In this document: piece after piece, positions 53,784 through 62,482 of the stretch
Numbering within the stretch: the first letter of the stretch is position 1
How the letters are laid out: every line of letters begins with the position of its first letter
From: an uncultured Bacilli bacterium
Lineage (GTDB): Bacteria > Bacillota_I > Bacilli_A > RF39 > UBA660
NCBI GenBank assembly: GCA_934130045.1
Contig: CAKOXI010000005.1
Span: 1 to 62,482 of the forward strand
Direction: 5' to 3'
Length of the DNA stretch: 62,482 nt
Made by a program: the position numbers and the translations under genes
Notes under the pieces: generated by a model
Databases searched by the model: none
Seen by the model: the letters and a program-made list of their open reading frames with translations, nothing else
What the model was told of the DNA's origin: nothing

Positions 53784-55728
53784 ACCAGCAAGAACAATGG
53801 AAAAATCTAAAGATTTTAAAGGTTCAATGAAAAAACTTATTAAAAGTTTAAAAAGTTTTCATGTTTTACTTATAATTTCATTAGTATTAGCAATGGCAAG
53901 TGCAATTTTAGCTCTTGTTTCTCCTAACAAATTATCAGATTTAACAAATGAGGTAACACTTGGTATTACTCCAAATATTAGTGAAGAAGTAATTTCTTCA
54001 ATTATGAGTGATGATAGTATTAGTGCAGAAGATAAGTTAGAATTTTCTAAAATTTTAGAACAAGCTAGGGAAAACACTGATAACAAAACAGAATTACTAG
54101 AGTCATTTGATGAATTACCAACTAGTATATACGACAAAATAAAACCATCAATTGATATGAAAAAAGTTGAAAATATTGCGTTATTATTAGTTATTTTATA
54201 TTTGATAAGTGCATTATTTAGTTATATTGAAGGAATTTTAATGACTGTTGTTTCAAATGGTTATGCGAAAAATTTAAGAACTAATATTAGTAAAAAAATA
54301 AATAAATTACCACTTAAATATTTTGATAGTCATGAAACTGGTGATATATTATCACGTGTTACTAACGACGTTGATACAATAGCGACTAATTTAAATCAAA
54401 GTTTAACTACATTAGTTACTAGTATTACATTATTTATAGGTTCAATAATTATGATGTTTACTACAAATTGGATTATGGCTTTAACAGCGATTGTTTCAAG
54501 TTTAATCGGTTTTAGTTTTATGGGACTTATTTTAGGTAAAAGTCAAAAATATTTTACTGAAAGACAAACTGAACTTGGAAATTTGAATGGCTATATTGAG
54601 GAAATATATTCAGGACATAATGTCGTTAAGGCATATAATGGTGATAAAGAAGCTAGAGAAAATTTTGAAAAATTAAATGATAAGTTATTTGTATGTAATC
54701 AAAAAAGTCAATTTTTATCAGGTCTAATGCCTCCAATGATGAGTTTTGTTGGAAATTTAGGATATGTTGCTGTATGCGTAGTAGGTGCATTACTTACTAT
54801 GAATAATACAATTTCATTTGGAGTTATTGTTGCATTTATGATTTATGTTAGATTGTTTACAAATCCAATGGGACAAATGGCTCAAGCTATGACAAGTTTA
54901 CAATCAACTGTAGCTGCAAGTGAACGTGTTTTTGAATTTTTAAATGAAGAAGAAATGTCAGATCAAAAACATTTGACAAAATATTTAAGTAAAGATTCAG
55001 TAAAAGGTGAAATTGAATTTAAAAATGTAAAATTTGGTTATGATAAAGATAAAATGATTATAAATGATTTTAGTGTTAAGGCAAAACCAGGTGAAAAAAT
55101 TGCGATTGTAGGTCCAACTGGTGCTGGAAAAACAACAATGGTTAATTTACTTATGAAATTTTATGAAATTAATGATGGTGATATCTTAATTGATGGAGTA
55201 TCTACTAAAGAATTAACAAGAGAAAATATTCACGAATTATTTGTAATGGTTTTACAAGATACTTGGGTTTTTGACGGTACAATTAGAGATAATATTAAAT
55301 TTAATAAAGAAAATGTAACAGATGAAGAAATTTGGGCAGCATGTAAAACTGTTGGAATTGATCACTTTATTAAGACATTACCAGGTGGACTTGATTGTAA
55401 ATTAGATGAAACTGAAACAATTAGTCAAGGTCAAAGACAACTTCTTACAATTGCTCGTGGTATGATTGAAAATGAACCATTTTTAATACTAGATGAAGCT
55501 ACTAGTAATGTCGATACAAGAACTGAGGAATTGGTTCAAAAAGCTATGGATAAATTAACATCAGGAAGAACTTCTTTCATAATTGCGCATAGATTGTCAA
55601 CTATTAAGAATGCTGATAAGATTTTAGTTATGAAAAATGGCGATATAATTGAATCTGGTACACATGATGAATTAATGAATAAAAATGGCTTTTATGCTGA
55701 ACTTTATAATTCACAGTTTGAGTTATAG
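53776..55728 (+). CDS. ABC exporter subunit (fused permease-ATPase), consensus-site half
   Basis: Walker A GPTGAGKTT, Walker B LILDEATS, signature variant ISQGQRQ. Overlaps the upstream partner by 8 nt. Confidence 0.88.
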   Translation: MPRPARTMEKSKDFKGSMKKLIKSLKSFHVLLIISLVLAMASAILALVSPNKLSDLTNEVTLGITPNISEEVISSIMSDDSISAEDKLEFSKILEQARENTDNKTELLESFDELPTSIYDKIKPSIDMKKVENIALLLVILYLISALFSYIEGILMTVVSNGYAKNLRTNISKKINKLPLKYFDSHETGDILSRVTNDVDTIATNLNQSLTTLVTSITLFIGSIIMMFTTNWIMALTAIVSSLIGFSFMGLILGKSQKYFTERQTELGNLNGYIEEIYSGHNVVKAYNGDKEARENFEKLNDKLFVCNQKSQFLSGLMPPMMSFVGNLGYVAVCVVGALLTMNNTISFGVIVAFMIYVRLFTNPMGQMAQAMTSLQSTVAASERVFEFLNEEEMSDQKHLTKYLSKDSVKGEIEFKNVKFGYDKDKMIINDFSVKAKPGEKIAIVGPTGAGKTTMVNLLMKFYEINDGDILIDGVSTKELTRENIHELFVMVLQDTWVFDGTIRDNIKFNKENVTDEEIWAACKTVGIDHFIKTLPGGLDCKLDETETISQGQRQLLTIARGMIENEPFLILDEATSNVDTRTEELVQKAMDKLTSGRTSFIIAHRLSTIKNADKILVMKNGDIIESGTHDELMNKNGFYAELYNSQFEL

Positions 55729-55744
55729 TTAAAAATATTATTAT

Positions 55745-55780
55745 AAAAAAATGCTTTCTAAAATGAAGGCATTTTTTTTG
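55745..55780. terminator. Bidirectional intrinsic terminator
   Basis: ATGCTTTC (55751-55758) / GAAGGCAT (55765-55772), flanked by A6 and T8. Sits between convergent operons. Confidence 0.7.
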
Positions 55781-55787
55781 TAATTTG

Positions 55788-56303
55788 TTAAATATTTTTA
55801 GTTAATTTTTTAGAATATGTGGGAATTAGTCTAGATATTTTTATTTCTTCTCCTAGGTATTTTTGATTTTCAAATGGTTTTAATATCCATTCATTATTTA
55901 GGTATCTTATTATGTTTTGAATAAGTAATATTTCATTTTCTTCAATATGTTCACTTGCATCTAAAAAATTTAGAACCGTATTTTCAATTTTGTTAATATT
56001 TTTATTTAGTAGATATAATTTTAATTCACAAACTAAATTATTTAGTTCATGTTTATTTTTTATAAATGGATTTTGTTGTTTAATTATTGCTAAACAAAAA
56101 TCTAAATTTGTTGGATCTTGAATTATATTTATCGTGTAATCTTTTTTTAGATAAATAAAAATTTCATTTAAAATATCAAATTCATTTTCAAGTATTGTTG
56201 ATTCTGAATCAATTAAATTAAGTGCTTCTTGCATAATTCTTTTATCATTTTGATTAGAAGTCATTTTGACATATTTATTAATAATCGATTTAAAATTTTC
56301 CAT
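55788..56303 (-). CDS. Hypothetical protein co-transcribed with the HD-GYP protein
   Basis: 171 aa, helical-looking, no motif recognised. Its GGAG RBS lies inside the 3' end of the upstream gene, with a 1-nt intergenic gap. Confidence 0.45.
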   Translation of the reverse strand: MENFKSIINKYVKMTSNQNDKRIMQEALNLIDSESTILENEFDILNEIFIYLKKDYTINIIQDPTNLDFCLAIIKQQNPFIKNKHELNNLVCELKLYLLNKNINKIENTVLNFLDASEHIEENEILLIQNIIRYLNNEWILKPFENQKYLGEEIKISRLIPTYSKKLTKNI

Positions 56304-56304
56304 A

Positions 56305-57522
56305 CTATATCTCCTTTTTTACAAATTGTGAATTATTTTTTTCATTTAAATTTACTTGTTTTAACATATTTTTAGAATTAACATCTGCTAATTTTTTTGC
56401 AGTTTGTAGATTATCCATTGTTGTTTTACTGTTTTTGATTACTTTTATAAATTTATCAACTAAAACTGGATTATAAAAAAGTCCTAATCCACCATCAACT
56501 CCATATGGTTTTGTATGCATTTTTAAATCTTCAAATGCCTCTTCAGCGGATTTTACTTGATTATATGATCTTTGTGATGTCATTGCATCAAAACTGTCTG
56601 CGATAGCCAAAATTTGCGCAAATAGAGGAATATCATTTCCTTTTAATCCATCAGGATATCCACTTCCATCATATTTTTCATGATGTGCCCTTACTATACT
56701 ATTTAAATATCCTAATTGATCACCAGGCAATAATAATGCACCTAATTCAACATGCTTTTTCATTAAATTAAATTCTAAATCATTTAGTTTGGTTGTTTTT
56801 GTTATAACAGCATCAGGAAGTGCGATTTTTCCAATATCATGTAAATTTGCAGCTAATATTAAGTCTTCTAACTGTTCTTCATTTAATCCTAATTCCTGAC
56901 CTAATGCTTCTGCATAATTAGCAACTCTTTGACAATGACCGGCAGTATAGTTATCTTTAAGCTCTATGAAGTTATTTAATGTATTTGCAAGTTTAAATAA
57001 AAATTCTTTTGAAACTGCTTCTATTGTTTTTCCACCTTGAATTTGTTTATTTACTTGTATACTATTATAAATTTCTTTTGCTTGAATTTTTGTAATTTTT
57101 TGTAATTTTCCTATATTTGCCATTTGACACATATTAATTATCTTGCCCATTGATAATTCAGATTTTGTTTGTTTTATTATTTTATTATTTTTTTCTAGTT
57201 CAACTTCTTCACCAGAAAGTTCAAAGCAATTTCCAAAAATATTATTTGTTTTTTTTGTAGTAACTTTAGCAAGTCCAGAATTTGCTTCATAAAGAACTGC
57301 TATTATTTTATCATTTATGTTACTTTCAATATCACAAATAACAACATCTGGTTTTTGCAATATATGTTTATTTTTTAATTCAAAAAATTTTGTATGGTCA
57401 TTTGCAATATCAACGATTTCAAAATGTTCGTTTGGCAGGTATCTATTTATAATTGAATATTCTCTTGCATTAATATCATATAACCATACTATATATCTAC
57501 TATTTTTATAATTTCTATTCAT
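56305..57522 (-). CDS. HD-GYP domain protein (probable cyclic-di-GMP phosphodiesterase) with receiver-like N-terminus
   Basis: HCQRVANYA, NLHDIGKIALPD, HHEKYDGSGYPDGL, IADSFDAMTS. N-terminal ~110 aa resemble a REC fold (IVWLYDIN...PDVVICDIE). Confidence 0.85.
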   Translation of the reverse strand: MNRNYKNSRYIVWLYDINAREYSIINRYLPNEHFEIVDIANDHTKFFELKNKHILQKPDVVICDIESNINDKIIAVLYEANSGLAKVTTKKTNNIFGNCFELSGEEVELEKNNKIIKQTKSELSMGKIINMCQMANIGKLQKITKIQAKEIYNSIQVNKQIQGGKTIEAVSKEFLFKLANTLNNFIELKDNYTAGHCQRVANYAEALGQELGLNEEQLEDLILAANLHDIGKIALPDAVITKTTKLNDLEFNLMKKHVELGALLLPGDQLGYLNSIVRAHHEKYDGSGYPDGLKGNDIPLFAQILAIADSFDAMTSQRSYNQVKSAEEAFEDLKMHTKPYGVDGGLGLFYNPVLVDKFIKVIKNSKTTMDNLQTAKKLADVNSKNMLKQVNLNEKNNSQFVKKEI

Positions 57523-57799
57523 ATAATCACCATTTATTATTTTAACATAAATTGAAAAATATAATCTAAATATATAAAATAATATATTTTTTAATTTTAT
57601 AATTTGTTAAATATCTTAAATTATTTTTAATATTTACCAATTGTTTTATATTGATTTTTTGTGATAATACCTACGAAAATGTATCAAATGAAAAAATGTA
57701 TTTATTACTTCAATGGTATTCTTGATTATTTAAACATAGTTATTTTTTATTATCCGTTTAATAATTATATTAAATACAAGTATAATAAATATGATTGTA

Positions 57800-57828
57800 T
57801 TGATTTTTTTTTTTATAAATGCTACAAT
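57800..57828 (+). promoter_or_regulatory. Sigma-A-type promoter for the pilin-like gene pair
   Basis: TTGATT (57800-57805), 17-nt spacer, TG-n-TACAAT (57820-57828). Confidence 0.45.
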
Positions 57829-57853
57829 TGTTTTGTAAAATAGGAGGAGTTTT

Positions 57854-58291
57854 ATGAGCAAAAACAATGGTTTTACATTAGTAGAAGTTTTATCTACAAT
57901 TGTGATATTGGCTTTAATTTCTTTAATTGCAATTCCTTCAGTAATAAAAACTATAAAAGATGGTAGAACTGATCTTTATGATAACCAAATAAGCTTAATC
58001 AAGTCATCTGCAATTAGTTATGTTACCAATGAAATTATGCATCCTAATACCAACAATTCCATTTATCAAATGCTTTATGGCGATGATAAAGAATATAATA
58101 TATATTTAAGTGAATTACAGAAATTAGGTTATGCAGAAGAGATATCAAATCCATTATGTGATAATGGAGGATATTTTGATTCAAGTAAAATTTATATAAA
58201 TATACAAAAACAAGAAAATAATGAATATTTATATACAGTTCTGTGTCAAGATAACTGTGATATGAAAAGTAGTTGTTTAGTTAAAGATTAG
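57854..58291 (+). CDS. Type IV pilin-like / pseudopilin protein
   Basis: MSKNNG|FTLVEVLSTIVILALISLIAIPS prepilin motif. 145 aa; four Cys in the globular part. Confidence 0.8.
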   Translation: MSKNNGFTLVEVLSTIVILALISLIAIPSVIKTIKDGRTDLYDNQISLIKSSAISYVTNEIMHPNTNNSIYQMLYGDDKEYNIYLSELQKLGYAEEISNPLCDNGGYFDSSKIYINIQKQENNEYLYTVLCQDNCDMKSSCLVKD

Positions 58292-58300
58292 GAGGAAAAT

Positions 58301-59659
58301 ATGGAAAATATTATAAAAAAGAAAAAAGGTTTTACATTAGTAGAATTATTATCAGTTATAACGATTTTACTATTAATAGCTCTTATTTGTATACCAGCAG
58401 TATTAAAAAGAGTAAAAAAAGGAAAAGAAGATTTATATTCTTCCCAAATAGATTTAATAAAATCAACAGCATCTAGTTATATGAGTGATCAAATTATGCA
58501 TCCAAATTATAGTAGTGAGGCATATGGTGTAATATTTGGTGATAAGGTAGGATTTATAATTTCATTGTCAGAATTACAACAATTAGGTTATGCAGATTTT
58601 AAAATATCAAATCCGTTATGTGAAAATAATGGTTATTTTGACCCAAGTGATGTGTATATTAGAATTACAAAGATTGGTTCTGACTATGAATATGAAGTTT
58701 ATAGTTATAATGAAAATGATTTAACAAAAAGTTGTGTTGGTGAGGATGTAGTTACAACGAAGGTTACAACTACTAAAACAACAACTACTAAAGTTAGTGG
58801 TACTACAGAACCTAATATAGAACCTGATGACATTAAGCTACCTACATACGATGTAGAACCAAGTGGTTGGTCAAAATCAAAGACAGTTACAATAAATTAT
58901 CCTGATGGTTATATAAATGAGTATAGTACAAATGATGGTGCATCTTGGAATAGATATGTTGGACCGGTTAAATTTAATGAAAATGGTAAAATAATAGCCC
59001 GAATACGTAAAGACAATAAAATTTTTACTTCTGATTCAAAAACTGTTGATATGATAGATAATATAGCACCACAAATTAATAGTTTTAGTGGCTATAGCAA
59101 AAGTGAAAATAATTATGGAACAACTTCTTTATCTTTAAGTGTTAGTGCAACTGATACGGAAAGCGGAATTGTAAAATATGTTTTTTATAAAGTTGATAAA
59201 TCATCTAATAAAGAAACAAAACTTGAAGAAACTACGAGTAATACAATTAATTTTAGTAATTTAGGTTCAAATAATTATGTAGTATATGTTATAGATAAGG
59301 TTGGAAATGTTTCAAAAAAAGAGTTAGTAGAAACATGCGAAGAAGATAAACATAAATCTAGCAGTTGTTATAATGGAATTAGAACGATATATACTTCTTG
59401 TAATACTGGTAGAATAACAAAAGTTCAAACTAGTATAGGATGTTCAAGCGCTTCAAGTAGTGGAAGTGGATCTTCAAGTGGTAGTTGTATTCCACAACAT
59501 TGTACTGTTCATAGTGAAACTGGTAGTCATGGTGAACCAATGACATGTTATGAAAATGCTAGTGGTTCTATAAAGAGTTGTAGTAATAGTAGTATGTATC
59601 CAAATGCAGGTAGTACTGCTCAATCAAATTGTGATTCTATAAATGCTAAATGTGGTTAA
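58301..59659 (+). CDS. Type IV pilin-like protein with Thr-rich linker, Ig-like domain and Cys-rich C-terminal extension
   Basis: KKKKG|FTLVELLSVITILLLIAL prepilin motif. Pilin core paralogous to 57854-58291. Linker VVTTKVTTTKTTTTKVSGTT. DNIAPQI...ATDTESGIVKY Ig-like segment. About 110 aa with 13 Cys at the C-terminus. Confidence 0.75.
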   Translation: MENIIKKKKGFTLVELLSVITILLLIALICIPAVLKRVKKGKEDLYSSQIDLIKSTASSYMSDQIMHPNYSSEAYGVIFGDKVGFIISLSELQQLGYADFKISNPLCENNGYFDPSDVYIRITKIGSDYEYEVYSYNENDLTKSCVGEDVVTTKVTTTKTTTTKVSGTTEPNIEPDDIKLPTYDVEPSGWSKSKTVTINYPDGYINEYSTNDGASWNRYVGPVKFNENGKIIARIRKDNKIFTSDSKTVDMIDNIAPQINSFSGYSKSENNYGTTSLSLSVSATDTESGIVKYVFYKVDKSSNKETKLEETTSNTINFSNLGSNNYVVYVIDKVGNVSKKELVETCEEDKHKSSSCYNGIRTIYTSCNTGRITKVQTSIGCSSASSSGSGSSSGSCIPQHCTVHSETGSHGEPMTCYENASGSIKSCSNSSMYPNAGSTAQSNCDSINAKCG

Positions 59660-59667
59660 TAATTCTA

Positions 59668-59705
59668 TAAAAAAGTATTGAAATAAAAAATCAATACTTT
59701 TTTTG
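59668..59705 (+). terminator. Intrinsic terminator
   Basis: AGTATTGA (59674-59681) / TCAATACT (59691-59698) followed by a T-run. Confidence 0.7.
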
Positions 59706-59750
59706 AATATAAAAAAATTTTTTTTTCATAATAATTTTAGGAGGAATTAT

Positions 59751-60191
59751 ATGGAAAAAAATAAATATAAACAAATCGTAGATAAATATACACCTAAAGA
59801 AAATCGAATGTATAATGGAATGCTTGCTTTTTTGTCTGGTGGACTAATGGGAGTAATTGGACAATTTATATTACAACTTTATTCTTATTATTTAGATATT
59901 CCTACTAAAGAGGCAGGAACTTATATGATAATAACTTTAATATTTATTGGTTGTTTATTAACTTGTTTTGGTTTTTTTGATAAATGGGTTAATTTTTGTA
60001 AAGCAGGATTATTTGTTCCAATTACAGGATTTGCGCATGCAATGATGAGTGCTGCACTTGATTATAAAAAGGAAGGATTAGTTACAGGACTTGGTGCTAG
60101 TATGTTTAAATTAAGTGGCGCTGTAATTATTTTTGGTGTTGTTAGTGCATATGTATTTGGTCTTTTAAGATTAATGATATTTGGAGGATAA
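59751..60191 (+). CDS. spoVAC: Stage V sporulation protein AC
   Basis: YKQIVDKYTPKEN...LAFLSGGLMGVIGQ...FVPITGFAH, typical of SpoVAC. AGGAGG RBS before the ATG at 59751. Confidence 0.88.
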   Translation: MEKNKYKQIVDKYTPKENRMYNGMLAFLSGGLMGVIGQFILQLYSYYLDIPTKEAGTYMIITLIFIGCLLTCFGFFDKWVNFCKAGLFVPITGFAHAMMSAALDYKKEGLVTGLGASMFKLSGAVIIFGVVSAYVFGLLRLMIFGG

Positions 60192-60194
60192 AAA

Positions 60195-61184
60195 ATGACA
60201 ATAAAATTTGATAATGTTTATATAAATGAAACTGGTACTATAACAGGTCCGTATGAAAAAAATGGACCATTACAAAGTTATTTTGACAAAAGTTATAATG
60301 ATTTTTATTTTGGATTAAAAACGTGGGAACAGGCTGATTCAAAATTAATAGAAGATTCGGTTGATATTTTGTTAAATAAAATTGGAAAAACTCGTTTTGA
60401 TATAAATTTACATATTTCAGGTGATCTAATGAATCAAATTACTTCATCAAATTATGCAGCAAGTAATTTAGGAATACCATATTTAGGAATATATAATGCA
60501 TGTGCTACCAGTGTTGAAGGATTAATTATAGGTTCAAGTTTGGTTGATAAAAATGTCATTAAAAATTGTATTTGTTCTGTTTCTTCTCATAATAATGCCG
60601 CAGAAAAACAATTTAGATATCCTGTTGAGTATGGCGGACCTAAAAGAAAAACGACAACATTTACAACAACAGGTGGTGCTAGTGCATATTTATCTAGTGA
60701 AAAAAATGGAATAAGGATAGATAGTGGAACAATTGGAACTGTTGTTGATATGGGAATAAAAGATGTTTACCATATGGGAGCAGTTATGGCTCCAGCAGCT
60801 GCTAAAACTATATATGAACATTTAAGAGATACAAAAAGAGAAATTGGTTATTATGATCTTATATTAACTGGTGATTTAGGTATTTATGGTAAAAAGATTT
60901 TAAAAGAATATATGGAAACAGAATACAATATAAAACTAAATAATTATGATGATACAGCTTGTATGATATTTGATTTAGATAAACAACCTGTATATGCGGG
61001 AGCAAGTGGACCTGCATGTGCACCACTTGTTACATATGGATATATATTTAATAAAATGCGTAAAAAAGAAATTTCAAAAATTTTATTGGTTGCAACTGGT
61101 GCTTTGATGTCGCCTACTATGGTAAATGAAAAAATGACTATTCCAGGTATTGCTCATGCGATTAGTTTGGAGGTAATAGAATGA
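60195..61184 (+). CDS. spoVAD: Stage V sporulation protein AD
   Basis: 329 aa thiolase-like. GPYEKNGPL, GIYNACATS, SSHNNAAEKQFRYPVEYG. Position between spoVAC and spoVAE. Confidence 0.88.
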   Translation: MTIKFDNVYINETGTITGPYEKNGPLQSYFDKSYNDFYFGLKTWEQADSKLIEDSVDILLNKIGKTRFDINLHISGDLMNQITSSNYAASNLGIPYLGIYNACATSVEGLIIGSSLVDKNVIKNCICSVSSHNNAAEKQFRYPVEYGGPKRKTTTFTTTGGASAYLSSEKNGIRIDSGTIGTVVDMGIKDVYHMGAVMAPAAAKTIYEHLRDTKREIGYYDLILTGDLGIYGKKILKEYMETEYNIKLNNYDDTACMIFDLDKQPVYAGASGPACAPLVTYGYIFNKMRKKEISKILLVATGALMSPTMVNEKMTIPGIAHAISLEVIE

Positions 61185-61531
61185 TATATATTAATGCCTT
61201 TTTATTTGCGGGAATTGTTTGTTTAATTGGTCAAGTTATATTAGATAATTCTAAGCTAACTCCTGGTCATATAACTGCTCTTTTTGTAATACTTGGTGCT
61301 TTTTTAGATTTATTTAACATTTATGATAAGTTTGTATTATGGGCTGGAGGAGGAGCTTTAGTACCTATTACAAGTTTTGGACACTTATTAATTCATGGAG
61401 CGCTAGAAAAAGCCTCTGAGTGTGGTTTTATGGGACTTGCGATGGGGATGTTTGATTTGACTTCATCTGGTATTATATCTGCTATTGTGATTTCTTTCTT
61501 TTTATCATTTATTTTTAATCCAAAGGATTAA
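61181..61531 (+). CDS. spoVAE: Stage V sporulation protein AE (AEB-type)
   Basis: 116 aa membrane protein. FLFAGIVCLIGQVILD...LVPITSFGH. 4-nt overlap with spoVAD. Confidence 0.85.
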   Translation: MIYINAFLFAGIVCLIGQVILDNSKLTPGHITALFVILGAFLDLFNIYDKFVLWAGGGALVPITSFGHLLIHGALEKASECGFMGLAMGMFDLTSSGIISAIVISFFLSFIFNPKD

Positions 61532-61534
61532 AAA

Positions 61535-61897
61535 ATGAAAAAGTTTCCTTTTATATTTTTAGGAATAATTTTATTCTATTTACAAGTTATGATTTGTTTA
61601 AATAATTTTAAAACATTGACAGTTGATGGTGAACACAGTATTATAGATATAAAAAATCCATCAGTTATAACCAAATTATCAAAATCTACATTTAAAGCAT
61701 TACTTATTAATAATTCTGATTCAAATATTTATGTTGATAATGTTGAAATAATTGTTAAGGATAATTCTAATAATGTTATATGTACATTTAAAATAAAATT
61801 AGAACAAGATTTAGATATAGATAAACCTATTAAGATACAAAAAGAGGTTAATTATGATTTATCTGATGCATATTCATTTGATTTTGTTATAAATTAA
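61535..61897 (+). CDS. Small secreted or membrane-anchored hypothetical protein
   Basis: 120 aa. N-terminal hydrophobic helix, then a beta-rich-looking domain. Tightly follows spoVAE. Confidence 0.45.
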   Translation: MKKFPFIFLGIILFYLQVMICLNNFKTLTVDGEHSIIDIKNPSVITKLSKSTFKALLINNSDSNIYVDNVEIIVKDNSNNVICTFKIKLEQDLDIDKPIKIQKEVNYDLSDAYSFDFVIN

Positions 61898-61989
61898 AGA
61901 CTAATGTCTTTTTTTTATAGTGAATTTTTAAATTTTTTTTGAATTTTATTATATATCGTGTATAATATTTCAAGAAGGTTTGTGATTTT

Positions 61990-62482
61990 GTGGAAGTTTT
62001 AAATAAAGTAAAAGATATTAATGATATAAAAAAGTTATCCATTTTAGAATTAGAACAATTAGCAATAGAAATAAGAGAATTTTTAATTTCAAATATTTCT
62101 AAAACTGGTGGTCATTTAGCGTCTAATTTAGGAATTGTAGAATTAACAATTTCTCTTTTATATAATTATGATTTTAATAAAGATAAAATTATTTTTGATG
62201 TTGGACATCAAAGTTATGTTTATAAAATTTTAACTGGCAGAATGGATAAATTTAGTTCGTTAAGGCAATATAAGGGCCTGAGTGGATTTCCAAAAAGGGA
62301 AGAAAGTATTTATGATTTTTTTGATACAGGGCATAGTAGTAATTCTATTTCTGCATGTCTTGGTATGGCAAGAGCACGTGATTTAAAAAGAGAAGACTAT
62401 GAAATTATTTCTGTAATCGGTGATGGAGCTTTTACAGGAGGAATGGTATATGAAGCTTTAAATGATTTAGGTTTTAATCATT
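61990..62482 (+). CDS. dxs: 1-deoxy-D-xylulose-5-phosphate synthase, 5' part (runs off the window)
   Basis: Translation [33 protein letters not shown]...[14 protein letters not shown]...[16 protein letters not shown]...[24 protein letters not shown]...[14 protein letters not shown] start. Absent from the ORF track because it is truncated. Confidence 0.85.
   Translation, partial: MEVLNKVKDINDIKKLSILELEQLAIEIREFLISNISKTGGHLASNLGIVELTISLLYNYDFNKDKIIFDVGHQSYVYKILTGRMDKFSSLRQYKGLSGFPKREESIYDFFDTGHSSNSISACLGMARARDLKREDYEIISVIGDGAFTGGMVYEALNDLGFNH

Noticed and set aside
57661-57843. A 60-aa ORF in the 330-bp AT-rich region between the HD-GYP operon and the pilin genes, plus a 64-aa ORF (57317-57511) antisense to the HD-GYP gene.
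   Set aside because: GTG start without an RBS, and a Tyr/Asn/Ile/Phe-rich composition typical of translated AT-rich spacer. The region is better explained as divergent promoters; it overlaps the predicted pilin promoter.

Overview
Strongly AT-rich, gene-dense chromosomal window from what looks like a low-GC, endospore-forming Bacillota (Firmicutes) genome. Support for that: spoVAC-AD-AE, a SpoVD-type PBP, a YjcZ-type micro-peptide and the dcw genes. I recognised no rRNA, tRNA, CRISPR array, transposase, integrase or prophage module. Gene order: P-type ATPase; pyruvate:ferredoxin oxidoreductase; orphan CHC2 zinc-finger protein; two extracytoplasmic thioredoxin-like proteins. Then a ~16 kb envelope locus (8.0-24.0 kb): a radical SAM/SPASM enzyme, five giant polytopic membrane proteins, acpS, and an FkbH-like loader + ACP + MBOAT + two DltD/SGNH-like proteins. 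Then Tex, an MBL hydrolase, two orphan ORFs, recX-like, prsA and two micro-peptide genes. The dcw cluster follows, but split. mraZ-rsmH-ftsL-PBP2B is separated from SpoVD-like PBP-(pilin)-mraY-ftsW by a ~10.4 kb block holding a Zn-ribbon membrane protein, a TPM-domain protein, a 1149-aa protein with a TelA-like C-terminus, TetR, and a 1353-aa MMPL transporter with a ~2 kb internal repeat array. After that: an Abi_2/HEPN gene with an adjacent orphan promoter-terminator unit, an RDD protein, a Zn-ribbon membrane protein, a heterodimeric ABC exporter, an HD-GYP operon, two more type IV pilin-like genes (one with a Cys-rich adhesin-like extension), spoVAC-AD-AE and the 5' part of dxs. Best candidate for an undescribed system: the Dlt-like carrier-protein/MBOAT acylation cassette whose loader is FkbH-type rather than a D-alanine ligase, sitting next to the GT-C-like membrane protein array. 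All calls come from reading motifs in the translated ORFs and the DNA. No searches were run.
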